From: Candidatus Saccharimonadales bacterium
GTDB taxonomy: Bacteria; Patescibacteriota; Saccharimonadia; Saccharimonadales; CAIOMD01
Direction of reading: 5' to 3'
Length of the DNA stretch: 24,000 nucleotides
Assembly (NCBI GenBank): GCA_046350635.1
Contig: JAXLZY010000001.1
Coordinates: forward strand, 154,727-178,726
Shown here: piece by piece, positions 14,370 to 21,835 of the stretch
Numbering within the stretch: position 1 is the stretch's first letter
Layout: every line of letters begins with the position of its first letter
Translations under genes and position numbers: made by a program
The notes under the pieces: model-generated
What the model saw: the letters and a program-made list of their open reading frames with translations, nothing else
The model's database searches: none
What the model was told of the DNA's origin: nothing

Positions 14370-16985
14370 ATGGCTATCTTGGGTTTACTTGGATTTGAAG
14401 CAATAAATAGACGTCGGCTATTGCGTTCGTTTGTATTACTTTTTGTTCTATTCGGCTTTATCTTCTCAACGTTATATTCACAAATATCGTACGCACAAGG
14501 TATAACAGTGAGTGATCTTAACGCCATACTCGAAAAACATCCAAACTATGACCCTAATGCGACTGATTGCCAAAACGTAACCCCAGCACTTCAAACAGTA
14601 ACAACAAATAAATCTGTGTATGTAATTGGTGATTCTTACCTTAGGGATTCAGCCACACTACTTACAACCAGCTTAAAAGCATCTGGTTACGAGACGGTAA
14701 CAATCAATGGTCATGGTGGTCGTGGTATTAACCGACCTGCAAACGATGGTGCGCCCGCAGCTTTAACCGCCATCGAGCAAGATAAAGATAAAATTGCATC
14801 TGCAGGTACGATAATTATTATTCTAGGTACGAATCCTTCTGACGCAGCAACTCCACCAGGTCCAATTAATGCTTACGATTCTTCAATACCTGTTTTTATG
14901 AAAAAATTAACTGGCTATAATGCTCAAGCTCGTATTTTCTGGGTTAATACTGATCACCTTGATACTCAGAGAACGGTATTAATTAAACCAACAAACACAG
15001 CCATCGAAAAATACTCGAGTCAGTTTTCGTATAAAGTTGTCGATTGGTATAGCGCTTTAGAAAAAACTACTAAAAAACAGTACTTAGACCCTTCTTCAAG
15101 CTACCTACACCCAAACACGACAAAAGGGTATCCACTTTTTGTAGACACAATTAAAGCGAGTGTGGGCAGTCCTATTACCTCATACCAAGACTCCTCAAAC
15201 GCACCGTCGGTAGCTAGCAACTCAGTAAACCTTAAATTATTGACAGATGTACAGGAAAAAAATAAACCAAATGTCCCTATTATCTGGAATTGGCTCCGCG
15301 CAAAAGGATTTAGTGAGGTTCAGACTGCCGGAATTATGGGTAATATTTATCAAGAAAGTAAGTTCCAGATAGACCTTTGGGATCCACCTGCATACGGCTT
15401 AATTCAATGGCAACATGAACGCCTAGATCAATTAAAAAAGTTTGCCTCTAATCGTAATATTCCTCTTGATAATATCGATACCCAGATGCGTTTTATGATG
15501 ACCGAGTTAACGAGTAAGACTGGTCGATTTTATGAACCGGTTTATCTACCACTGAAAAAGACTACCGATTTAGCGACAGCAGTTAATTTAATGCTTGAGC
15601 ATTACGAAGAGCCAGGGGATTACGAAACCGAGCGCCCATTACGACTTAAGTGGGCAAAAGAAGTACTAGAAACTATGGGTGGAAGTGCCGTTTCAACACC
15701 CACTCCAGCACCAACTGATGGAAAAACAAATTGTGCCCCCGTGACAGGTAATTCCTGTGAGTCAATTTTGCTTCCGACAATTATCGACCCCAGTAAGTTG
15801 GGAAGTGCCATAGATAAGTATATTAGCGATGTCAGTAAATCATATAACGGCAAAAAATCACCATTTGACGGCCTTGGTTCAAAGTTTGTAGAAGGGGGTA
15901 TTAAATCGGGTATTAATCCATTTATCGCAGTGGTTCACGCACACAAAGAATCTCTTTTTGCACTGTATGATGCAAAGGGTTGGCATAACTATACGTTCGC
16001 AACTAAAGAAGCTGCTGCGGCTGGGAATACCGCTCAGCTTTCTCCTTCGTATAATGCCTATGGTCGGTCTGCGGGCGGTGATCAGCCGACTGTTTGGTAT
16101 AACGGAAGTAATGGTCCACGCCCCGTCTATAAGTGGTCTTCTTGGGAAAATAGCTTAACGGGTGATGATAGTTTCTTTGCGTATTACAAACGCAAATGGG
16201 TAGACGAAAAAAAATACACCTCTATAGACGACATCATTAAAGAATACGCGCCAGCATCCGATGGCAACAACCCCTCAGAATACGCTTCTTTTATGCATAA
16301 TAATATTTCAAAACTAATCTCACTTGCCGGCGATTCTATCGACTGTGGTAGTGGTGGAGCTGGTGCCGGTGGTTCTGGTGGCACAAAACTTGACGGTAAA
16401 GAAACTGTAAAACTTCAATATGGGTACTACGTTAAAGATGGGGGTGATCCGAAGATGATTTACTATAGCCAATACGACGCTAGATATAATGGCGCAGAAG
16501 GTAAGAAGATATACCCCAGCTATGACAGAACAGATCTAGGACCTTTTGGCCAGTGTGGATGTTTTTCAACCAGTATGGCGATGGCAATAAACACAATCGG
16601 AGCCAATAAAAACATTAATCCTCTTGATATCGGAAAAGAAGTGCTAGCGGCCGGCGTCAACGCAGGTGGTTGTGGGTACAGTGGCGAATCTGGCTTTGGT
16701 GAAAAACTTGGTCCAAAATTTAATGTTTCGATTAAGTCTACAAACTCATTCACGGTTGCAAAACAAGGTTTACGTGATGGCGGATTGGTTGTGTTAAGTG
16801 TTGGACCTTCTGAGTTTACGACGGGAAGTCACTATATAGTTTTAAGAGGTTTGACGAGTGATGGTAAATTTGCTGTTGCTAATCCAACAAACAAAGACCA
16901 GACACTAACTGGTACATACACTGAAAGCCACATAAGTAGTATCTTTAATGGTAGCGGAAAGATGTGGGTAGTAAGTGCTAAGTGA
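14370..16985 (+). CDS. Four-module secreted/anchored peptidoglycan hydrolase (SGNH esterase + phage-tail-lysozyme-like + GH73 glucosaminidase-like + C39-like cysteine peptidase)
   Basis: The track start 14358 is a GTG inside the previous gene. The ATG at 14370 follows GGTGGTAGG, so I prefer it. Residue numbers below use track numbering. N-terminal TM: FVLLFVLFGFIFSTLY. Module 1 (aa ~86-265): VYVIGDSY, NGHGGRG, ILGTNPSD, YLHPNTTKGY (SGNH blocks). Module 2 (aa ~305-437): TAGIMGNIYQESKF...YGLIQWQHERLDQLKKFA...DTQMRFMMTEL...LEHYEEP (phage tail lysozyme family pattern). Module 3 (aa ~475-655): INPFIAVVHAHKESLFA...NAYGRS...FFAYYKRKW (GH73-like). A Gly linker (GSGGAGAGGSGG) leads to module 4 (aa ~683-875): YYSQYD...GQCGCFSTSMAMAI...GSHYIVLRGLTSDGKFAVANP (Peptidase_C39-like pattern). 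Confidence 0.7.
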   Translation: MAILGLLGFEAINRRRLLRSFVLLFVLFGFIFSTLYSQISYAQGITVSDLNAILEKHPNYDPNATDCQNVTPALQTVTTNKSVYVIGDSYLRDSATLLTTSLKASGYETVTINGHGGRGINRPANDGAPAALTAIEQDKDKIASAGTIIIILGTNPSDAATPPGPINAYDSSIPVFMKKLTGYNAQARIFWVNTDHLDTQRTVLIKPTNTAIEKYSSQFSYKVVDWYSALEKTTKKQYLDPSSSYLHPNTTKGYPLFVDTIKASVGSPITSYQDSSNAPSVASNSVNLKLLTDVQEKNKPNVPIIWNWLRAKGFSEVQTAGIMGNIYQESKFQIDLWDPPAYGLIQWQHERLDQLKKFASNRNIPLDNIDTQMRFMMTELTSKTGRFYEPVYLPLKKTTDLATAVNLMLEHYEEPGDYETERPLRLKWAKEVLETMGGSAVSTPTPAPTDGKTNCAPVTGNSCESILLPTIIDPSKLGSAIDKYISDVSKSYNGKKSPFDGLGSKFVEGGIKSGINPFIAVVHAHKESLFALYDAKGWHNYTFATKEAAAAGNTAQLSPSYNAYGRSAGGDQPTVWYNGSNGPRPVYKWSSWENSLTGDDSFFAYYKRKWVDEKKYTSIDDIIKEYAPASDGNNPSEYASFMHNNISKLISLAGDSIDCGSGGAGAGGSGGTKLDGKETVKLQYGYYVKDGGDPKMIYYSQYDARYNGAEGKKIYPSYDRTDLGPFGQCGCFSTSMAMAINTIGANKNINPLDIGKEVLAAGVNAGGCGYSGESGFGEKLGPKFNVSIKSTNSFTVAKQGLRDGGLVVLSVGPSEFTTGSHYIVLRGLTSDGKFAVANPTNKDQTLTGTYTESHISSIFNGSGKMWVVSAK

Positions 16986-17502
16986 TAAACTCAAACAACT
17001 ATCGGACGAGCAAAAAAAACAACTGCTAATTATCGGTGTGGTGATTCTTGTAATACTGTTTTTTGGAGTTATCGGATTCACGAGTGGCTCTGGGAATAAT
17101 AATACAAGTGTAAAAAAAGATGCTTATGGCGATTTAATCGAAACTAAGATTTCTGGTCAACCAATAGAATCAAAAGACGACACTTTTGTTATACGATTTA
17201 ATGATTTTCTTACAAATAACGTATCACCCCTACAGCTTGATGCACTTAAAAAATCAATTAGGTTTTATATATGGGACACTATAAATAGTGATGAGACTAA
17301 GGCTGTTTTTGACGATGGTAAATTTGAATCTCAGGGTGAATCTAGTATCTATACGGTGACAGTAAGAACAAACAACAATACTACAAAATTTACAATTAGA
17401 ATGAAGATAGATAATAAACTAAATATTGTGTCTGCGACTGCGGATTACAATGGAGTATCGACAGATTTATCAGTCACTCCAAGAACGACTAACCAAGACT
17501 GA
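16975..17502 (+). CDS. Small N-terminally anchored protein of unknown function (second candidate immunity or VirB8-like component)
   Basis: 175 aa. The GTG start overlaps the upstream gene by 11 nt, and there is no in-frame ATG before the TM helix. The TM anchor is LLIIGVVILVILFFGVIGF, followed by a ~130-aa Asn/Thr/Asp-rich domain. It is AT-rich: sampled 60-nt lines give about 28-38% GC. Its 3' end overlaps the convergent recF by 14 bp. Confidence 0.55.
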   Translation: MLSDKLKQLSDEQKKQLLIIGVVILVILFFGVIGFTSGSGNNNTSVKKDAYGDLIETKISGQPIESKDDTFVIRFNDFLTNNVSPLQLDALKKSIRFYIWDTINSDETKAVFDDGKFESQGESSIYTVTVRTNNNTTKFTIRMKIDNKLNIVSATADYNGVSTDLSVTPRTTNQD

Positions 17503-18556
17503 TTAGATTGCTGGCTTGGGCGAACTCTTTCAGCACGACGTCAGCGTCGGTTGTCGTAATAATGGTTTGGTAATCACTTAAATAGCGAGTGAGGGCCTTT
17601 CGCCGGGCGCCATCGAGCTCACTGAAGACATCGTCGAGCAGTATAAGCGGCTTTTGGGCTCGAACCTGCTCGAGTATCGTAAGTTCGAGTAACTTAAGGC
17701 TTAGAACGAGCGTACGTGTCTCGCCACGCGATGCTGTAATATCGGCTGGCTGTTCTCGAATAAATACTAAAATATCTTCGCGGTGTGGCCCATATGCCGT
17801 AAAACCACGTAATAAATCTTTATCTAAATTACTTTCTAACTTCTTTAGTAGTGAAGTTTCGTAGGTTTCGAGTGGTATGTCTGATTGATACTGTAAAAAT
17901 ACATTGGTTGGCTCACCGGCAATTTCACTATAGATTGTTGCGACTTGTTTGTTTAACTCTTCTATTAATTTTGTGCGCGCCGCAACAATCTTGCCAGCAA
18001 GTTCGCTAACACGGATATTCCAAGCAAATATCTGCGAATGTACCATCCTTGAATCTTGTTTAAGTAAGCGATTGCGCTGAGCAAGTGCGCGCTTATAGTG
18101 CGATTTAATAGAACTAAAGCCTGGCTCGGTCTCGGCTAAAATATCATCAAAAAAATCACGCCGTAACTCTGGTGAACCTGTTAAAAGTCGCATGTGCTCG
18201 GGTTCAAACAATACAACAGGGACAATATCCTGAAACCCTAAGCGTTTTTTCGGCGTATCATTAAGCTCGTAAGCTCTGGTGACTGTATCTGCGGAGTGTG
18301 TTAACTTTACTACTCTCGTGCCATTTGGGGTTGTACCATCAATACGTGCCCAGTCGTACTCACGCCCAATAATGTCTGTGTATCCAGCACGGTATGACGA
18401 AACACCGCTAAGAACGAGCAGTGATTCGAGTAGGTTTGTTTTTCCGCTCGCATTTGGCCCAACCACAATATTCACCGTCGGTGATAATTCGACAGCAAAA
18501 TCAGTATACGAACGAAACTGCTGCAAGCGCAGTGACGTATAAACGGTTGGACTCAT
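17489..18556 (-). CDS. recF: DNA replication and repair protein RecF
   Basis: 355 aa, starting LRLQQFRSYTDFAVELSPTVNIVVGPNASGKTNLLESL (Walker A at nt 18437-18460). It has the signature SRGETRTLVLSLKLLE and Walker B PLILLDDVFSELD. It occupies the canonical position after dnaN. Confidence 0.93.
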   Translation of the reverse strand: MSPTVYTSLRLQQFRSYTDFAVELSPTVNIVVGPNASGKTNLLESLLVLSGVSSYRAGYTDIIGREYDWARIDGTTPNGTRVVKLTHSADTVTRAYELNDTPKKRLGFQDIVPVVLFEPEHMRLLTGSPELRRDFFDDILAETEPGFSSIKSHYKRALAQRNRLLKQDSRMVHSQIFAWNIRVSELAGKIVAARTKLIEELNKQVATIYSEIAGEPTNVFLQYQSDIPLETYETSLLKKLESNLDKDLLRGFTAYGPHREDILVFIREQPADITASRGETRTLVLSLKLLELTILEQVRAQKPLILLDDVFSELDGARRKALTRYLSDYQTIITTTDADVVLKEFAQASNLISLG

Positions 18557-18575
18557 TACGTATATTGTAACCTTG

Positions 18576-19670
18576 TTAGCTCTTTAGTGGCATAACAAGA
18601 TAGGTGTGATCGGGCGATTCTTTGCTTGTTAGTACGCACGGCTCAAGCTTGCCATTAAAACTAAAGGTAACTTCTTTTGTACCGAGCGCGTTAAGTGCAT
18701 CAAGCAAGTAGCGTGAGTTAAGTGTTACTTCGCCACTACCCGTAACGTCTGCTTGTGCACTCGAGGTGTTTTCACCAAGCTGCGAGGCTATCGAGGTAAT
18801 GCTGATTTGCTTCGTTTCTTCGTCTACCTTAATAGTGATACTACCAGCACTCTCACGAGCAAACAGGCTAGATACCTTCGTGATTGCAGTAAACTCATCA
18901 CGGCTGACGGTTGCAGTTGTACTAAATTTACTTGGTATTAACTTTCGGTAATCGGGGTAGGTTGCATCAATCTGACGGGTTACAAGTTCAATATCGCCAG
19001 CTTTAAATAGTACCTGTTGACTATCGGCGTGCACTTCTAGGGTTTCTAGGTTATCAGGCAAAATACGGAGCAGTTCCTGTAAGGCAGAAGCTGGCACAAG
19101 CAATGATATATCTTGGGCTGTTTTAATGAGTTTCTTTTCTGCTAAGCGGTAGCTGTCGGTAGCGGCTGCAAATAATGATCCATCTTGGGTTTTTAAAAGC
19201 ACACCAGTAAGTACTGGCCGGGTTTCATCGGTTGAAGCTGCAAATACAACTTGCTGTAACCCTTTTTTAGCTTCTTTGACAGGAATAGTCCAATTAACAC
19301 CGTTGGTAATTTCTGGTACGACAGGGAATTCATCTGCCACAACGCCATTAATCGTTGAACGATATTGGTCGGTGCTGATATGTAATTTATGATCATCAAG
19401 CTCTAAATCAAGCACACCGCTTGGGAGACTGGTAATATATTCTTGCATTAAACGAGCAGGGACGGTAATTGCACCTTCTGACTGAACCTTAGAACCAATC
19501 TTTTCAGTAATGGCAATTTCTAGGTTAGTTGCAGAAAGACTTAAACGGTTATCACTTGTTCGTAATAATACGTTATTTAAAATCGGTAGTGAGTTCTTAC
19601 TAGCCATAGCGACACGTGCAACATTGTTAAGTGCTTTGGCGAGATTTTCTTGGGTGACTTGCAGCTTCAT
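18576..19670 (-). CDS. dnaN: DNA polymerase III beta sliding clamp
   Basis: 364 aa, MKLQVTQENLAKALNNVARVA...LPILNNVLL...TRPVLTGVLL...TDSYRLAEKK...YPDYRKLIP...GKLEPCVL. These are classic DnaN motifs, in the position after dnaA. GGAG lies 8 nt upstream of the ATG. Confidence 0.95.
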   Translation of the reverse strand: MKLQVTQENLAKALNNVARVAMASKNSLPILNNVLLRTSDNRLSLSATNLEIAITEKIGSKVQSEGAITVPARLMQEYITSLPSGVLDLELDDHKLHISTDQYRSTINGVVADEFPVVPEITNGVNWTIPVKEAKKGLQQVVFAASTDETRPVLTGVLLKTQDGSLFAAATDSYRLAEKKLIKTAQDISLLVPASALQELLRILPDNLETLEVHADSQQVLFKAGDIELVTRQIDATYPDYRKLIPSKFSTTATVSRDEFTAITKVSSLFARESAGSITIKVDEETKQISITSIASQLGENTSSAQADVTGSGEVTLNSRYLLDALNALGTKEVTFSFNGKLEPCVLTSKESPDHTYLVMPLKS

Positions 19671-19940
19671 ATTAGTATCTCCATTACTTATTTATATAAG
19701 ATAGTTATAGTAGTAGGCCCTGTGGATTGGTGTGCATAACCACCATTAACAGATATAAATTGCAGAAATTTTGTGTGCAAAACTGTGTGCAATCTGTGTT
19801 CAAAATAGGTGTATAAAAATTCAGCTAAATTTTTTACAAACAAAGTCTGTGCATTATGTGCATAACCATAGGTGGTTGTTCGCAGGTTATTACCAGCCTT
19901 ATTCGCAGATCTTCCACAGTATAAGAAAACATTCATCAGG
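19671..19940. promoter_or_regulatory. dnaA-dnaN spacer: candidate second half of a bipartite oriC (DnaA-box-like sites plus AT-rich tract)
   Basis: TGTGCATAA occurs at 19731-19739 and 19857-19865, one mismatch from TGTGGATAA. TGTGGATTG is at 19721-19729 and TCTTCCACA at 19910-19918, each two mismatches. An AT-rich tract spans ~19811-19845 (GTATAAAAATTCAGCTAAATTTTTTACAAA). TGTGTKCAA occurs three times at 19772, 19784 and 19795. Confidence 0.5.
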
Positions 19941-21323
19941 CTATGCATAGAGGCGTTCCTTAATTTCTTTGACGTGTTCTTTTAAAAGCGTATCAAAATG
20001 GAGTTCTTTTTCTATCTTTTCAACCGAATGTATTGCAGTAGTGTGGTCTTTACGGCCAAGTTCATGAGCAATCTTAGGAAAACTAAGGTGTAGTTCACTC
20101 CGTAGTAAGTACATAGCAATCTGACGTGGTACCACAATGTCTTTATCACGCTTTGCGCTCAAAATCTCGTCGACACTAAGCTGAAAGTGCTTAGCGGTCT
20201 TTTCGACAATTTGTCGGGCATTCATATGTTTTGGTCGTGAACGGTGTGTACCAAACAAGCCGGTTGCAATGGTAAGGTCGGGTTGAAGCCCTCGCATTTC
20301 ACAAAACGCGAGTAATTGGTTTAAAGCACCCTCTAGCTCACGAATATTAGTCTGAACTTGGTTTGCGAGGTATTCGACTACCGTCTGGTCTAATACTAAC
20401 CCGTGTTGATTAGCTTTATTTTGTAAAATTGCACAGCGGGTTTCAAAATCAGGTGCACCAATATCAACAATCATTCCCCATTCAAATCTGCTACGCAGTC
20501 GTTCTTCTAGGGTAGGGATAGATTTTGGTGGTTTATCGCTACTGATAATAATCTGTTTATTGGCCTGGTGGAGTGCGTTAAAAGTATGGAAGAATTCCTC
20601 CTGAGTCTTTTCTTTACCAGCAATAAACTGCATATCATCAACAATTAATACGTCTGCATTTCGGTAATGACCAGCAAAGTCAGTAACTTTTTTGTAACGA
20701 ATCGCATCCAAGAACTCTTGCACAAACTGTTCACTCGTTGCATATACAACATGCGCATCTTTGTTGTTGGCAAGCACTGCATTACCAACTGCCTGAATAA
20801 GGTGCGTTTTACCAAGCCCTACGCCACCATATACAAAGAGTGGGTTGTATTTTGTGCCTGGGTTTTGGGCAATCGCCTGGCAGGCGGCATACGCAAGTTC
20901 GTTACCCGAACCAACAATAAACGTATCAAACGTATAGCGTTCGTTAAGGCCTTGTCTGTACGAATGTGTAACAGATGGCGCACCATTACCAATCATCGAT
21001 CGGGTTTCAGGTGCTTCAACAGGTTGCGATAGTATAACTACCTCGGTGTTATCAATGGGCTGTTTGGTAGGGGCTACACCAGAATGAATCTTAAACTCAA
21101 CATCAATTACGGTCACACCGTTCTTTTCGAGTAGCTCGGTAATAAGTGGTTTGTACTTAGACTCTAATTGTTGTTTTGCAAAGATATTTGGCACCCCAAC
21201 CACAATCAAATCTTCGTTTCGTCGTAGTACACGGGTGTTTTTAAACCATGTTATATAACTACCACGTGACACGGTAAGCTCAATCTCGCCAAGAACTGTC
21301 TGCCAGAGCGTATCGTCCCCCAT
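19941..21323 (-). CDS. dnaA: Chromosomal replication initiator protein DnaA
   Basis: Walker A is YGGVGLGKTHL, with further motifs LIVDDMQF, IISSDKPP and RSRFEWGMIVDI. The C-terminal DNA-binding signature is RQIAMYLLRSELHLSFPKIAHELGRKDHTTAIHSVEKI. The track start 21335 is a TTG abutting GGGAGG with zero spacer. The ATG at 21321-23 (MGDDTLWQTVL...) lies 12 nt after the SD and is my preferred start. Confidence 0.95.
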   Translation of the reverse strand: MGDDTLWQTVLGEIELTVSRGSYITWFKNTRVLRRNEDLIVVGVPNIFAKQQLESKYKPLITELLEKNGVTVIDVEFKIHSGVAPTKQPIDNTEVVILSQPVEAPETRSMIGNGAPSVTHSYRQGLNERYTFDTFIVGSGNELAYAACQAIAQNPGTKYNPLFVYGGVGLGKTHLIQAVGNAVLANNKDAHVVYATSEQFVQEFLDAIRYKKVTDFAGHYRNADVLIVDDMQFIAGKEKTQEEFFHTFNALHQANKQIIISSDKPPKSIPTLEERLRSRFEWGMIVDIGAPDFETRCAILQNKANQHGLVLDQTVVEYLANQVQTNIRELEGALNQLLAFCEMRGLQPDLTIATGLFGTHRSRPKHMNARQIVEKTAKHFQLSVDEILSAKRDKDIVVPRQIAMYLLRSELHLSFPKIAHELGRKDHTTAIHSVEKIEKELHFDTLLKEHVKEIKERLYA

Positions 21324-21335
21324 AAGTGTTCGCAA

Positions 21336-21600
21336 CCTCCCTTATACCTCTTTTGATGTGGATATTTCGCCAAAAGCGTTACTTAAACTATACAAGAGGT
21401 GGCATAAGTTTTCCACAGGTTTTTTGAATTTTTAGTCGTTTTGTATCAAAACATACCTAAACGGGGGTGAATTTATACACAGGCTAATTCTGTATCTGTA
21501 AAGTAGTGGATAAACTATGTCTAAGTGTGGACAAAATCGATATATTGGGCCATAAATTCAGTATTTTTTACAATCGATGATAAAACCCATAAAACGCCCA
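21336..21600. promoter_or_regulatory. dnaA-upstream DnaA-box cluster (candidate oriC / dnaA autoregulatory region)
   Basis: Five 9-mers each lie one mismatch from TTATCCACA/TGTGGATAA: TGTGGATAT 21357-21365, TTTTCCACA 21409-21417, TTATACACA 21473-21481, AGTGGATAA 21505-21513 and TGTGGACAA 21526-21534. An AT-rich stretch spans 21419-21450. Confidence 0.6.
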
Positions 21601-21603
21601 CGC

Positions 21604-21632
21604 TTGTAAGTCGCGACCTCTTATGGTAGACT
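21604..21632 (+). promoter_or_regulatory. Candidate rpmH promoter
   Basis: TTGTAA (21604-21609), a 17-nt spacer, then TAGACT (21627-21632), 14 nt upstream of the rpmH ATG. Confidence 0.4.
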
Positions 21633-21646
21633 ATTCAGCTGAAGTT

Positions 21647-21784
21647 ATGCCTAAACGAACGTATCAACCAAAGAAGCGAAGTCGCAGCCGAGAACATGGC
21701 TTTTTAAAGCGTATGTCGAGCCGTGCGGGTAAGCTTGTATTGAAGCGCCGCCGCCTAAAAGGTCGCACGCGACTTTCAGCCTAA
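21647..21784 (+). CDS. rpmH: 50S ribosomal protein L34
   Basis: Too short for the ORF track, so I translated it by hand: [45 protein letters not shown] (45 aa, stop TAA at 21782-21784). This is the classic L34 pattern (KRT[FY]QP...HGF..RM....G..VL..RR.KGR..L), in the canonical position upstream of rnpA. Confidence 0.95.
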   Translation: MPKRTYQPKKRSRSREHGFLKRMSSRAGKLVLKRRRLKGRTRLSA

Positions 21785-21835
21785 GCTCTTAGTTTTCTAT
21801 TACAATAAGTAGTATCACAAACGTAAGGGTATTTT

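Noticed and set aside
1-17502. Interpretation of the T4SS-like locus as an integrative conjugative element or prophage remnant.
   Set aside because: The window contains no integrase, recombinase, relaxase, coupling protein, replication or partition genes, tRNA target, or flanking direct or inverted repeats. The right boundary is a 14-bp overlap with recF. The left boundary is outside the window, so this rejection is provisional.
19688-19948. An 86-aa minus-strand ORF in the dnaA-dnaN spacer.
   Set aside because: It lies entirely in the AT-rich, DnaA-box-bearing intergenic region and overlaps the dnaA stop. It has no SD, and its odd composition (Cys/His/Asn/Tyr-rich) looks like a chance ORF. 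I treat it as non-coding origin/promoter DNA.
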